Below are positions 51,303 to 61,735 of a stretch of 64,000 bases of DNA, in pieces; the stretch's first letter is position 1, and every line of letters starts with the position of its first letter. The translations under genes and the position numbers were made by a program. Source of the stretch: an uncultured Actinomycetota bacterium (lineage in GTDB: Bacteria > Actinomycetota > Actinomycetes > Propionibacteriales > Nocardioidaceae). The notes beneath the pieces are model-generated. The model had not been told where the DNA came from and searched no databases. It saw only the letters and a list, made by a program, of their open reading frames with translations. The stretch covers positions 92,565 through 156,564 of the forward strand of contig CAVYJQ010000009.1 of NCBI GenBank assembly GCA_963768905.1. The letters are read 5' to 3'.

Positions 51303-52574
51303 TCAGCACCCACGCCGCTCGAACGACTCCGTCGACCGGTACTTGCCGCGCGGGAGGTGCTTCCCCATCACCGCACGCTCGCGACCTGGCTCGGACACCT
51401 TCTGCACCGCCTGGTCGAACGACGGGTCGGGCAGCTGGTTTCGCATCACCAGGGCCGCTGTCGGACGTGCACCGAAAGGAATCCAGGTGACGCCGCAGCG
51501 ACGTCGAGCGTTGGCGGGCCGGTCCTCGGGGGTGCTGACGACGACCGTGAACGTCCGGTCACCGTCGACCGCGAGCCGGGAGTCGTTGACGCAGCCGATC
51601 GTGTCGGTGACGCCGTACGGCTGGACCGACACGCTGCACAGCGACCAGTACCGGAGCTGTGCGTCCTGGAACACCCGTTCGCCACGGTGGGTGGCGGGGA
51701 CGTCGGGCAGCCGGCCCCTCAGCACCAGCAGGTCGCCGTACTCGCGGGCGATGAACGCGTAGACGTAGGCGTTGTTGGCGTCGCTGAACAGGCCGCCGCG
51801 CTGCTCGTGCCCGTGCACCTCGGCGGCCTCCTCGGAGAACTGCCGGGTCAGGGTGCGGCTGACGTTGAAGAACCGCTCCCATTCGGGCTTCGGCGCTGCG
51901 GTGGTGTGGTTCGGCAGGACGGGACTGCTCGAGGCCTGGTCGGTTCGGGTCAGGCCGGTGGAAGGCTGGTTGGTCGGCGCGGTGCAGGCGAGGGGCTGGT
52001 GCACCTCGCGGCCGTCCGGCATCCGCAGCGCGACCTCGGGCAGACCGACGCCGCCGAACTGCCCGCGCCCGCGGTCGGGGAGGTAGACCCGGTACACCAG
52101 GGCGCCGGCGAACGCTGGCCGGTCGTCCGTGCCGAGGTAGACGGTGTTGGGTGCCCGGCGCTCGGGCTCGGGGTCGCTGACCACCCGGACTGTGTAGTCA
52201 CGCAGGGGCAGGTCTCGCCGGTTCCCGACCCGGAACGGGTTGGTCGACCCCCGCTCGGGGCGGATGTCGACGTCGGCGAGCGCGTCGACCGGGCGGAACA
52301 GCTCGTCGTACGTGTTGAAGGAGGAGTAGCGCGCGTGCGGGTACCTGCCACGCACCACCAGCTCCCCACCGGGCGGCAGGGTCACCCGCCCGAGGTAGTA
52401 GTTCACGCCCGTGTCCGGGTAGAAGAGGTTGCCGTTCTCCTCGTCGAAGACGCTCGTCCAGAAGCAGTCCTGAGGCGGGGACGCCCCAGCCTCGCGGGGC
52501 AACCCCGGAAGGGCCAGGACTGCGAGCAGGAGCGCGAGGAGCGCAGCGAACGTCGGACGCCTCGAGATCGTCAT
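51303..52574 (-). CDS. Secreted hypothetical protein
   Basis: Signal peptide, YPDTGVNY, GRYPHARYSSF, YRVYLPD, RYWSLC. Confidence 0.8.
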   Translation of the reverse strand: MTISRRPTFAALLALLLAVLALPGLPREAGASPPQDCFWTSVFDEENGNLFYPDTGVNYYLGRVTLPPGGELVVRGRYPHARYSSFNTYDELFRPVDALADVDIRPERGSTNPFRVGNRRDLPLRDYTVRVVSDPEPERRAPNTVYLGTDDRPAFAGALVYRVYLPDRGRGQFGGVGLPEVALRMPDGREVHQPLACTAPTNQPSTGLTRTDQASSSPVLPNHTTAAPKPEWERFFNVSRTLTRQFSEEAAEVHGHEQRGGLFSDANNAYVYAFIAREYGDLLVLRGRLPDVPATHRGERVFQDAQLRYWSLCSVSVQPYGVTDTIGCVNDSRLAVDGDRTFTVVVSTPEDRPANARRRCGVTWIPFGARPTAALVMRNQLPDPSFDQAVQKVSEPGRERAVMGKHLPRGKYRSTESFERRGC

Positions 52575-52622
52575 GCCCGGTCCAACGACGGCGATCGCGC
52601 CGGGTTACTCGCGGCGGCACCC

Positions 52623-52648
52623 GGTTTGGGACTGTCGCCGGCGGGTAC
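52623..52648 (+). promoter_or_regulatory. SigB/SigF-type promoter of the HAD gene
   Basis: GGTTT-N15-GGGTAC. Confidence 0.6.
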
Positions 52649-52699
52649 CCGGCCGTACCGTCCTGTCTGGACGGTACGAAGGCTGAGGAGGACGATCAC

Positions 52700-53377
52700 A
52701 TGGCTGCGACCTTGAACGTGGACACCGTGGTGCTGGACGTCGACGGGACCCTTGTCGACTCGGTGTACGTGCACGTGTCGGCGTGGATGCGCGCGTTCCG
52801 TGGCGTCGGCGTTCCCGTCGAGGGCTGGCGGATCCACGGAGCGATCGGCATGGGTGGTGACCGGCTGGTCACCGAGGTGGCCGGTCAACGGGTCGAGGAC
52901 GCCGTGGGTGACGAGGTGCGCGAGCTGCACGACCAGGAGTACGACGACCTGGTAGCCGGCGTCCTGGCGCTGCCGGGGGCCGACCAGCTGTTGGAGACGC
53001 TCAAGCAGCGCGGGTTCACCGTCGTACTCGCGAGCTCCGGGACGAAGCCCCAGACCGAGCAGGCCCTCGAGCTGCTCACCACCCGAGACCTTGCCGACGC
53101 GTGGGTGTGCAGTGCGGACGTGGATACGAGCAAGCCTGCCCCCGACCTGGTGACCACGGCGATCTCACGGGTGCGCGGCTCGGAAGCCGTGATGGTCGGT
53201 GACTCGATCTGGGACGTGAAGGCGGCCGCCGCGGCCGACATCCCCACGATCGGACTACGCTGCGGCGGGTTCGGCGAGGCCGCGCTGCGTGAGGCCGGCG
53301 CCATCAGCGTCTTCGACGGCCCGCAGGACCTCGCCGAGCGCTTCGACGAGACCGGGGTGTCGCGTACCGCCGGATGA
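52700..53377 (+). CDS. HAD family hydrolase
   Basis: DVDGTLVDS, LASS, SKPAPD, VGDSIWD. Confidence 0.92.
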   Translation: MAATLNVDTVVLDVDGTLVDSVYVHVSAWMRAFRGVGVPVEGWRIHGAIGMGGDRLVTEVAGQRVEDAVGDEVRELHDQEYDDLVAGVLALPGADQLLETLKQRGFTVVLASSGTKPQTEQALELLTTRDLADAWVCSADVDTSKPAPDLVTTAISRVRGSEAVMVGDSIWDVKAAAAADIPTIGLRCGGFGEAALREAGAISVFDGPQDLAERFDETGVSRTAG

Positions 53378-53381
53378 CGGC

Positions 53382-53417
53382 AAGGAGCCCGGGCCGCGTG
53401 GGCGGCCCGGGCTCCTT
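53382..53417. terminator. Bidirectional hairpin terminator
   Basis: aaggagcccgggccgc-gtgg-gcggcccgggctcctt, perfect 16-bp stem between convergent genes. Confidence 0.8.
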
Positions 53418-53442
53418 CAACGACGCAGGGGTGACCTCGCGG

Positions 53443-54924
53443 TCACACCGGCTGCGCCACCGGCTCCCCCCGGTCATCGGCGTCCTCGGCCGTCAGCGGC
53501 CGGGCCAGGTCTTCGAGGGCCTGCCCCTCCGCCTTGACCCCGAGGAACGCCTCGACGAGCCCACCGGCGATCATCAGCGCGGCGCCGATGAAGTAGCCGA
53601 TGGCGATCTGGGTGATGTCCTTCGCTTCGGAGGCGTCCTCGATCAGCTTGCCGAACAGCAGCGGGCCACTGATGCCGCCGGCCGCCGTACCGATCGCGTA
53701 GAAGAACGCGATGCTCATCGCCCGAGTCTCCATGGGGAAGATCTCGCTGGCGGTGAGGTAGGCAGCACTGGCGCCCGCGCTCGCGAAGAAGAAGATGATG
53801 CAGCCCATCACGGTGAGGGTCAGTGCGCTCACTCCGCCCAGCATCATTCCGGTGATGGCCAGGAGAACGCCGGACAGGACGTAGGTGCCCGTGATCATGG
53901 TGACGCGGCCGAGGGTGTCGAAGAGCCGGCTCAGCAGCAGGGCACCCATGAAGTTGCTGGCCGCGAACGCCGCGAGGTACCAACCGGTCTGCTTCACGTC
54001 GAGGAACGTGGTGAGCGTGTCGCCGTAGGTGAAGAAGAACGCGTTGTAGAGGAACGCCTGCCCCACGAAGAGTGAGAAGCAGAGGATCGTCCGCTTCGGG
54101 TAGAGCTTGAAGACGGTCCGGGCGATCAGGACCATGCTGATCATCTTCCGCTGCCGGATCGTGATCGTGTCCTGCACCTCGGGCAGCGCGCGGCCGGAGT
54201 CGCGGGTCACGGCGCCCTCGATGTCGCGCACGATCCGTTCGGCCTCGTCCTCGTGACCGTGGATGAACAGCCATCGGGGGCTCTCGGGCACGTTGCGCCG
54301 TACCACCAGGATGCCGACCGCGAGGATCGCACCCAGCGCGAACGCCGCACGCCAGCCCCACTCCGGCGGGACCATCGTCGGGTCGAGCAGCGGGATGGTG
54401 AGCAGTGAGCCGGCAGCGGCGCCGACCCAGAACGAGCCGTTGATCGCGACGTCGACCCGGCCCCGGTACTTCGCCGGGATCAGCTCGTCGATGGCCGAGT
54501 TGATCGCGGCGTACTCACCGCCGATGCCGGCACCGGTCAGGAACCGACAGGCGAAGTACCACATCGGGTTCATCGAGAACGCCGTGAGCACGGTGGCGAC
54601 CGTGTAGACCCCCAGCGTGATCAGGAAGAGCTTCTTGCGACCGAACTTGTCGGTCAGCTGCCCGAAGAACAGGGCGCCGAGACAGGCGCCCGCAACGTAG
54701 ATGGCCCCCGCGATCCCGACGTCGAAGCTGCTCAGCCCGAGGCCGGTGCCTTCCGGTTTGAGAGCCGCCGACATCGAGCCGACGATGGTGACCTCGAGCC
54801 CGTCGAGGATCCACACCGTCCCGAGACCGATGACGACCAGCCAGTGCCAGCGCGCCCAGGGCAGCCGGTCGAGCCTTGCCGGAATGTCGGTAGTGACCCG
54901 ACCTGTTTCCACTCCTGCCGCCAT
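53443..54924 (-). CDS. MFS transporter
   Basis: RLDRLPW, TDKFGRKK, GIGGEYAAINSAIDE, PESPRWL, SEIFP. Confidence 0.93.
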   Translation of the reverse strand: MAAGVETGRVTTDIPARLDRLPWARWHWLVVIGLGTVWILDGLEVTIVGSMSAALKPEGTGLGLSSFDVGIAGAIYVAGACLGALFFGQLTDKFGRKKLFLITLGVYTVATVLTAFSMNPMWYFACRFLTGAGIGGEYAAINSAIDELIPAKYRGRVDVAINGSFWVGAAAGSLLTIPLLDPTMVPPEWGWRAAFALGAILAVGILVVRRNVPESPRWLFIHGHEDEAERIVRDIEGAVTRDSGRALPEVQDTITIRQRKMISMVLIARTVFKLYPKRTILCFSLFVGQAFLYNAFFFTYGDTLTTFLDVKQTGWYLAAFAASNFMGALLLSRLFDTLGRVTMITGTYVLSGVLLAITGMMLGGVSALTLTVMGCIIFFFASAGASAAYLTASEIFPMETRAMSIAFFYAIGTAAGGISGPLLFGKLIEDASEAKDITQIAIGYFIGAALMIAGGLVEAFLGVKAEGQALEDLARPLTAEDADDRGEPVAQPV

Positions 54925-54960
54925 GGCGCGACTCCCCTTCTCGAAGTGATCACCGGCTGA

Positions 54961-54986
54961 TTACCCCGTTGCCCCGCCTTCACACC
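54961..54986 (-). promoter_or_regulatory. SigB/SigF-type promoter of the MFS gene
   Basis: Minus strand GGTGT-N15-GGGTAA. Confidence 0.45.
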
Positions 54987-55113
54987 TCCCACTTCGCGGG
55001 CGACTCGTGCCTCGAGCGGGACCAAGGTCCCAGAGCGGGCAGGCTTCAGGCACTCCTGAGCGACCGCGGAACTCCCTAGCGTGGAGCCAGACGAAACCGG
55101 GAGGTGCTGACAG

Positions 55114-55779
55114 ATGACGGGTCGTACGTACGCAGTCCTGGTGCTGGTGATGTGGGTGAGCCTCGGGACGTTGGCCGTGATCGTGTTCCTGACCCACCAC
55201 GGACGGAGAAGCTGGCCGTGGTTCGTCATCGGCGCCGTACTCGGGCCGATCCTGCTGCCGATCGCGGCGGAGTTCGACCGGCGCAGCGACCGGCTCGCCC
55301 GTTGGCGCAGCCACGGACCCACGACAGCGACTCCGGGACTTGCCGAGCCGATGTGGCTGGTGGGCGTGGACGGCTCGGTCGAGTCCGATCGCGCGATCCG
55401 TGAGGTGAGCCGGATGACGATGCGGGCTCGCCCCGGCGTACTGCTGATGACGGTGCTCGACCCGGACGTCGCCGACCCGTCGCGGGTGGCGGCCGCCGAG
55501 GCGATGCTGCGAGACCGTGCCACGTGGCTGGAGGACTCCCCCGGGTCAGTCGTCTGCGAGGTCGCCTCCGGAGATCCTGCCCAGGTGCTGATGGACCGCG
55601 CCGACCAGGACGACATCGAGCTTGTCGTGGTCGGACGGCGTGCCAAGGGCCCGTCGCACCGTCTGCTGGGGAGCGTGGCCGACCAGCTGGTACGCAAGTC
55701 GACCCGGCCCGTGCTGCTCGGTGCGGCGGACGGTCACCGCGTCATCCGGTCCGCGCCACCACTGCAGCGCTCCAGTTGA
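55114..55779 (+). CDS. Membrane-anchored universal stress protein
   Basis: Two N-terminal TM segments, LVGVDGS, VVVGRR..LLGSVA..RPVL. Confidence 0.85.
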   Translation: MTGRTYAVLVLVMWVSLGTLAVIVFLTHHGRRSWPWFVIGAVLGPILLPIAAEFDRRSDRLARWRSHGPTTATPGLAEPMWLVGVDGSVESDRAIREVSRMTMRARPGVLLMTVLDPDVADPSRVAAAEAMLRDRATWLEDSPGSVVCEVASGDPAQVLMDRADQDDIELVVVGRRAKGPSHRLLGSVADQLVRKSTRPVLLGAADGHRVIRSAPPLQRSS

Positions 55780-55787
55780 CGGCGCCG

Positions 55788-58541
55788 ATGACGACCTCCG
55801 TCGCCACCCCGATGCCGGCAGGCCATCACAGCCTCCCCGCCCATGAGGTGGTCCTGCTGCTGGGCTCGGACCCGAAGTCGGGTCTCAGCTCCGTTGAGGC
55901 CGACGATCGCCTGAAGCGGGTCGGCCCGAACGTCCTCCCGCCGACCTCCGACGGCGGTGCACTGCTCCGCGTGCTGCGCCAGTTCCACCATCCTCTCGTC
56001 TACGTGCTGATCGCCTCCGGAGTGATCACGGCCGCCCTGGGGGCCTACATCGACTCCGTGGTGATCTTCGGCGTCGTGCTGATCAACGCCACGGTTGGCT
56101 ACCTGCAGGAGTCCAAGGCCAAGGCTGCGCTCGACGCTCTCCGTTCGCTTGCCCACACGACGGCCCACGTGCTGCGCGACGGTCACCGTCGCACCGTGCC
56201 TTCCGAGGCGCTCGTGCCCGGCGACCTCGTGCTGCTGGAGGCAGGCGACCGGGTGCCGGTGGACGCACGGCTGATCCGGATCGCCGAGCTCCGGGTCGAC
56301 GAGTCGGCCCTGACCGGGGAGTCGTTGCCGGTCTCAAAGGACCAGGTGGTGTTGCCGGAGGACACCGCGGTAGCCGACCGTCGCAACGTCGTCTACTCGG
56401 GGACGCTGGTCACCGGAGGGAGCGGGGCCGGGATCGCCATCGCGACCGGCGTCGAGACCGAGCTCGGGGAGATCCACCGGCTGGTCGGGGCGGCGCGCAC
56501 GCTGGCGACACCATTGACCGAGAAGCTGGCCTGGTTCAGCAAGGTCCTGACCGTCGCCATCCTCGGCCTGGCGGCGGTGACGTTCGGCATCGGCGTCGCC
56601 CGGGGCGAGGACGCAGTCGGCATGTTCACCGCCGCGGTGGCCCTGGCGGTGGGTGCGATCCCGGAGGGCCTCCCCGCGGCGGTCACGATCACGCTGGCCA
56701 TCGGCGTCGCCCGGATGGCCCGCAGGCGCGCGGTGGTTCGTCGTCTCCCGGCCGTGGAGACCCTCGGCAGCACGACGGTGATCTGCACGGACAAGACCGG
56801 CACCCTGACCGAGAACCAGATGACTGTACGCACGGTGTGGACGCCCGACAGCATGCTCGAGGTCTCCGGCTCCGGGTACGCCCCGCACGGGATGCTCCGC
56901 GCGGAGGACGGCAACCAGGTCATCCCCACCCCGGGTTCCGCGCTCTGGTGGAGCCTCCTTGCCGGCACGGGCTGCAACGACGCCCGGCTGATCCGCGAGG
57001 ACGGACGGTGGCGGCTCGCCGGCGACCCGACGGAGGGGGCTTTGCTCGTGTCCGCGGCCAAGGCCGGCCTGAACGCCAGCGAGGCGAGCGCCGCGTACCC
57101 ACGCACCGCCACGATCCCGTTCAGCTCCGAGCGACAGCTGATGGCGACCCGACACCGGATCCCCGACAGCGACGGACAGGTGGTGCTGGTCAAGGGCGCG
57201 GTGGAACGGGTGGTGGGCCTGTGCGGGACCCAGCGCGACGGAGCCGGGGACGACCATCCCCTTGATCGGCAGGCAGTGCTTGATGCCGCTGAGGACCTGG
57301 CCGGCCGCGGACTCCGTGTCCTCGCCACGGCCGTGATGCCGATCGCCGCTGACGAAGATCTCGACGAGTCGGCGATGCCTGGTCGCCTCGTGCTCACGGG
57401 CCTGCAGGCGATGCAGGACCCGCCCCGCGAGGCCGCCGCGGCCGCCGTCCGCGCCTGCCACACGGCCGGCATCGCGGTCAAGATGATCACCGGCGACCAC
57501 GCTGCGACCGCCGCGGCCATCGCCGGTCAGCTCGGGCTCGCCGGCGTAGGGCGGCCGTTGGAGGTGCTCACGGGTGCCGACCTTGCGGCACTGGGCGCGG
57601 ACGAGTACCCGGCCGCCGTCGACCGCGCGAACGTCTTCGCCCGGGTCTCGCCGGAGCAGAAGCTCCGGCTCGTGGAGGCGTTGCAGGCTCAGGGGCACGT
57701 GGTCGCGATGACCGGAGACGGCGTCAACGACGCGCCGGCGTTGCGGCAGGCGAACATCGGCATCGCCATGGGTCGAAGTGGCACCGAGGTGGCCAAGGAC
57801 GCCGCGGACATGGTGTTGACCGACGACGACTTCGCGACGATCGAGGCGGCCGTCGAGGAGGGGCGGGGGGTCTTCGACAACCTCACCAAGTTCATCGTCT
57901 GGACACTGCCGACGAACATGGGCGAGGGCGCCGTGATCCTGGTCGCCGTACTGCTGGGAGCGACGCTGCCGATCCTGCCGACCCAGATCCTGTGGATCAA
58001 CATGACGACGGCGGTCGCCCTCGGGCTGATGCTGGCCTTCGAGCCGCGAGAGGAGGGCACCATGCTCCGACCTCCTCGCGACCCGGCACGACCGTTGCTC
58101 ACCGGATCGCTGATGCTGCGGATCGTGATGGTGTCCGCGCTGCTGGTCGGCGGGACGTCGTGGTTGTTCTCGTGGGAGCAGAACCACGGCGCCACGATCG
58201 CCGAAGCCCGTACGGCGGCACTGAACCTGTTCGTGGTCGTCGAGGTGTTCTACCTGTTCAGCTGCCGCTCGCTGAGCCGCTCGGCCTGGCAGCTCGGGCT
58301 GTTCAGCAACCGGTTCATCGTCGTCGGCGTGACCGTCCAGCTGATCGGACAGGCCGCGATCACCTACCTGCCGCCCATGAACACCCTGTTCCAGACCGCC
58401 CCGATCGGCGCCGGCGTCTGGCTGCGCATCCTGGCCATCGCGATGTTGGCCTCCGTGGTCGTGGCCATCGACAAGCGGCTGCGGAACCGCCCTGTCCGAA
58501 CTGTCCACACTGTGAAACTTGAGGAAGAAACTGCCCCCTGA
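55788..58541 (+). CDS. Cation-transporting P-type ATPase (P2A, CtpF-like)
   Basis: TGES, IPEGL, DKTGTLT, KGA, TGD, GDGVND. Confidence 0.95.
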   Translation: MTTSVATPMPAGHHSLPAHEVVLLLGSDPKSGLSSVEADDRLKRVGPNVLPPTSDGGALLRVLRQFHHPLVYVLIASGVITAALGAYIDSVVIFGVVLINATVGYLQESKAKAALDALRSLAHTTAHVLRDGHRRTVPSEALVPGDLVLLEAGDRVPVDARLIRIAELRVDESALTGESLPVSKDQVVLPEDTAVADRRNVVYSGTLVTGGSGAGIAIATGVETELGEIHRLVGAARTLATPLTEKLAWFSKVLTVAILGLAAVTFGIGVARGEDAVGMFTAAVALAVGAIPEGLPAAVTITLAIGVARMARRRAVVRRLPAVETLGSTTVICTDKTGTLTENQMTVRTVWTPDSMLEVSGSGYAPHGMLRAEDGNQVIPTPGSALWWSLLAGTGCNDARLIREDGRWRLAGDPTEGALLVSAAKAGLNASEASAAYPRTATIPFSSERQLMATRHRIPDSDGQVVLVKGAVERVVGLCGTQRDGAGDDHPLDRQAVLDAAEDLAGRGLRVLATAVMPIAADEDLDESAMPGRLVLTGLQAMQDPPREAAAAAVRACHTAGIAVKMITGDHAATAAAIAGQLGLAGVGRPLEVLTGADLAALGADEYPAAVDRANVFARVSPEQKLRLVEALQAQGHVVAMTGDGVNDAPALRQANIGIAMGRSGTEVAKDAADMVLTDDDFATIEAAVEEGRGVFDNLTKFIVWTLPTNMGEGAVILVAVLLGATLPILPTQILWINMTTAVALGLMLAFEPREEGTMLRPPRDPARPLLTGSLMLRIVMVSALLVGGTSWLFSWEQNHGATIAEARTAALNLFVVVEVFYLFSCRSLSRSAWQLGLFSNRFIVVGVTVQLIGQAAITYLPPMNTLFQTAPIGAGVWLRILAIAMLASVVVAIDKRLRNRPVRTVHTVKLEEETAP

Positions 58542-58586
58542 CGACGGTTACCACATCGTCAAGTCTTCAACTACAGGAGCAGATTC

Positions 58587-59129
58587 GTGCCTCGTATCCC
58601 CGTCCACACCGTCGACAGCGCACCCGAGCAGAGCCGAGTCGAGCTCAAGGGGCTGGAAGCAGCGATCGGCAAGGTCCTGAACATCCACGGCGAGATGGCG
58701 CACTCCCCCGTCGTTCTGCAGTCGTACGTCGCGCTCCAACAGGTCATCGGCGACTACGGCACCTACGACGCAGCCACCCGGGAGGCCATCGCGCTCGCGG
58801 TCGGCAACGTCGACGAGTGCTCGTACTGCCAGGCCGCGCACACCGCCGGCGGCAAGGGCGCCGGGCTGAGCGACGACCAGATGATCGCGATCCGGGCCGA
58901 CCGGGTCGACTTCGACCCCAAGCTCGCCGCCCTCCTGACCCTCGCCCGCGAGTACACCGGCAACGTCGGAACGGTCGACGCCGCGCGCTGGCATGCCGCC
59001 CTCGACGCCGGTTGGACCGACGCCCAGCTGGCCGAGCTCTCGGTGCACGTGACGCTCAACCTGCTGACGAACTACTTCAACCACTTCGTCGAGACCGAGC
59101 TCGACCTCCCGGCTGCGCCCGAGATCTGA
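58587..59129 (+). CDS. Carboxymuconolactone decarboxylase / AhpD-like peroxidase
   Basis: EAIALAV..ECSYCQAAH. Confidence 0.9.
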   Translation: MPRIPVHTVDSAPEQSRVELKGLEAAIGKVLNIHGEMAHSPVVLQSYVALQQVIGDYGTYDAATREAIALAVGNVDECSYCQAAHTAGGKGAGLSDDQMIAIRADRVDFDPKLAALLTLAREYTGNVGTVDAARWHAALDAGWTDAQLAELSVHVTLNLLTNYFNHFVETELDLPAAPEI

Positions 59130-61735
59130 TCGTCCACCGGGGCCGGCGCGGGCACCGTCTCGTCCGCGTCGGCCTCGACTCGCGTGCTCGCCGCGACCCA
59201 CCGTGCCGCCTCGGCCACGTCGACGCTCTCGTCCGCACGCATCGCCGCCGCGAGCAGAGCGGACTCCCGCTGCGGCAGCCTCCCCGGTACGGCGTACAAC
59301 GCGCACGCACGCAGCCACGGGTCGCCCCAGTAGCCATCCCGGTCGAGCACCAGCTCACGCAACCATTGCTCCAGTGGCCTGTCCGCCACCGGGGCGTGGC
59401 GGTGCACCAGGCGTTGCCTCGTGGACGCGTCCACGCCCGGGTCCACGAGCGCCAGTGCGACCCGGCCGACTGACCGACCCACGGTGACCTCCAGCATCTC
59501 GAGCGCGGTGCTCCGGTCCCGCTCCACCTCCGTCGCGAGTCCCGAGATCGCGGGCGCGATCGCGCGCGGGTCGTGCACCAGGTCGAGCAGCACTTCCGCC
59601 CGACGGGCGATCAAGGCGAGAACGTCGAGGAGCGCCGCCCGCAACGGTTCGGAGCCCGGCCCCTCGTCCAGCAGCGCCAGCACCTGCAGGCACCGGTTCG
59701 CCCTCTCGGCCAGGGACACCATGCGCGGGCCCAGCTCCAGCCGTTCGGGCGTCTCTTGGTGCCCCAGGGCGAGCAGGCTCCTGCCGGCGGCCTCGAAGAT
59801 TGCCGGATCGCCGTCGTCGAGGTGCGCGAGCAGCAGGTCGCGAGCGGCCGGCGAGTCTGCCTGCCCGAGCGCCACCACGACCCGCTCCCGGGTCCGCGCC
59901 GGGACGGTCGGGTCCGCGAGCAGGCCCTCGACGCGTGGCGCCAGGAGGTCGGCATGGGCCAGCAGCGCGCTCAACAGGTCGCCCGAGTCGTCGGCGGCCC
60001 AGTCGCCGCCGATGAGGAAAGGCACGAAGAATGAGTGCGGAAGTGCCGCCGCGGCGCGGAGAGCCACGTGGCGACGGTCCGGATCATCCGAGTCGATGGC
60101 CTCGAGCCACGCGAAGCGCCCCACCTCTCGTCGGGCGACGTCGAGCCGGACCAGCGCGGCGGCGGCGGCCAGGCCGACCTCGGGGTCTGGGTCCGCGAGG
60201 AGCATCCGGACCGCCTCGGCCACCGCCGGTTCCGCGAGTACGCCGTGCGCGGTGGCCACCTCGATCCCGACCTTCCTTCGCTCGGGGTTCGGGTCCTGAA
60301 GCAGACCGACCAGCTCGTCCGACACGTCACGGTGCCCCGCGTCCACGAGCGCGTCGAGTGCCGCGTGCACGTCCCGGGCGTCGGTGCTGGCGAGCAGGTG
60401 CCGGACCGCGTCGCGCGAGGGTTCGTCGTCGATGCGCAGCGCGACCGGGTCCCAGGCCCGCCGAGAGATGACCGCCCGCAGGTTGACGCCGTACTCGCGA
60501 TAGGCCAGCACGGCGGCGGCAACCCACACCACCGTGAGGAGGAACGTGACGATGACGACCGCGCGGATGTCCAGCCCGAGTGCGTCGTACCCGAGCAACA
60601 GCACGCCGACGAAACCGAGCGCGAGGGGCACGCCCGCCCCCTCGATCATCGTCTGGGCGCGAAGTCGCAGGTCCGGCTGCAGCGCTTGGTACGTCGCGTT
60701 GATCGACGTGCGGGTGGTGCCGTCCGTCAGCGAGATGTCGGTGACCTGCTGGGCGCACACCAGCGCGAAGAAGAGGAACGCGACCGGCCCGACGGCGTAC
60801 CCGACGACCGTGGTCGCGGCGAGCAGCACCAGCACGCCGAGCGGGTTCGCGGCCAGCCCGAGCCCGAGGCCGTACCGGGTGAGCAGCCAGCCACCCAGGC
60901 TGACGACGAACGCGACGCTGGCGACGTTGATGACGGCGCCGAAGATCCCCTGGAACTGGGCCAGGTCGCTGGCGTCGGGGTACCGGGCGGCCGCCCGCTC
61001 CCACACCATGAAGTCGAGCAGCTGCGTGACCGCCGCCGAGAGCACCTGGTACCCGAAGATCAGCAGCACGAGCCGGTTCGACGTCAGCGCCCGCCACCAG
61101 CCGACGGGGTCGTTCGCTCCCCGGGCTGCCCGCTTCGGGCGCTTCGGCTCCGGGGTCGGTGGCTTCCGCAGCTCGTCGGGGAAGCGTCGTGCCGTCTCGA
61201 ACGCCAGCCCCAACATCGTCAGGGCGGCCAGCCCGTCCAGCGCGAGCAGGTCGTCGGGCCCGCCCAGGGGCCGGACCAGGGCAGCGGCGGTGATGCCACC
61301 CAGGGCGAAGCCGACGGAGAAGCCCGCGGCGACGCGGGGAAAGTGGGCCTTCATCTGGCGTACGTCGAGCAGCCGGCCGGCCTGCGAACCGACGAGGACG
61401 AACCCCAGCGGGATCGACAACGGGAACATCACCAGCAGCGGGAACGTGACCCAGACCCCGCCCGCGCGCGTGAGCACGATCCAGCCGACGACGACAGCGA
61501 CCAGGTAGATCCAGAGCAGCAGGGCGGTCAGCCGGGCGAGAGAGATCCGTCGTTGCGCCTGTGACATCAACGACGAGACGGCGACTCCCGCCACGGCGAC
61601 CGCGATGTAGGCGTACGGCAGTGCCGATGCGCCGTACTCGTTGAGGAACCGCGCACTGACCGGGACGACGAGGAAGGCCATCATCAGACCGAGGGCGATG
61701 GTCTGCCCCCCGAGCAACAGCAGCCGCGCCCTCAC
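59072..61735 (-). CDS. NTT/TLC-like (Npt1/Npt2) MFS-fold transporter fused to HEAT repeats
   Basis: About 12 TM segments (ARFLNEYGASALPYAY; RLLDVRQMKAHFP; YQALQPDLRLRAQTMIEG), then helical repeats (LLQDPNPERR, LLADPDPEV, HLDDGDP, DPWLRACAL). Confidence 0.75.
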   Translation of the reverse strand: MRARLLLLGGQTIALGLMMAFLVVPVSARFLNEYGASALPYAYIAVAVAGVAVSSLMSQAQRRISLARLTALLLWIYLVAVVVGWIVLTRAGGVWVTFPLLVMFPLSIPLGFVLVGSQAGRLLDVRQMKAHFPRVAAGFSVGFALGGITAAALVRPLGGPDDLLALDGLAALTMLGLAFETARRFPDELRKPPTPEPKRPKRAARGANDPVGWWRALTSNRLVLLIFGYQVLSAAVTQLLDFMVWERAAARYPDASDLAQFQGIFGAVINVASVAFVVSLGGWLLTRYGLGLGLAANPLGVLVLLAATTVVGYAVGPVAFLFFALVCAQQVTDISLTDGTTRTSINATYQALQPDLRLRAQTMIEGAGVPLALGFVGVLLLGYDALGLDIRAVVIVTFLLTVVWVAAAVLAYREYGVNLRAVISRRAWDPVALRIDDEPSRDAVRHLLASTDARDVHAALDALVDAGHRDVSDELVGLLQDPNPERRKVGIEVATAHGVLAEPAVAEAVRMLLADPDPEVGLAAAAALVRLDVARREVGRFAWLEAIDSDDPDRRHVALRAAAALPHSFFVPFLIGGDWAADDSGDLLSALLAHADLLAPRVEGLLADPTVPARTRERVVVALGQADSPAARDLLLAHLDDGDPAIFEAAGRSLLALGHQETPERLELGPRMVSLAERANRCLQVLALLDEGPGSEPLRAALLDVLALIARRAEVLLDLVHDPRAIAPAISGLATEVERDRSTALEMLEVTVGRSVGRVALALVDPGVDASTRQRLVHRHAPVADRPLEQWLRELVLDRDGYWGDPWLRACALYAVPGRLPQRESALLAAAMRADESVDVAEAARWVAASTRVEADADETVPAPAPVDDQISGAAGRSSSVSTKWLK

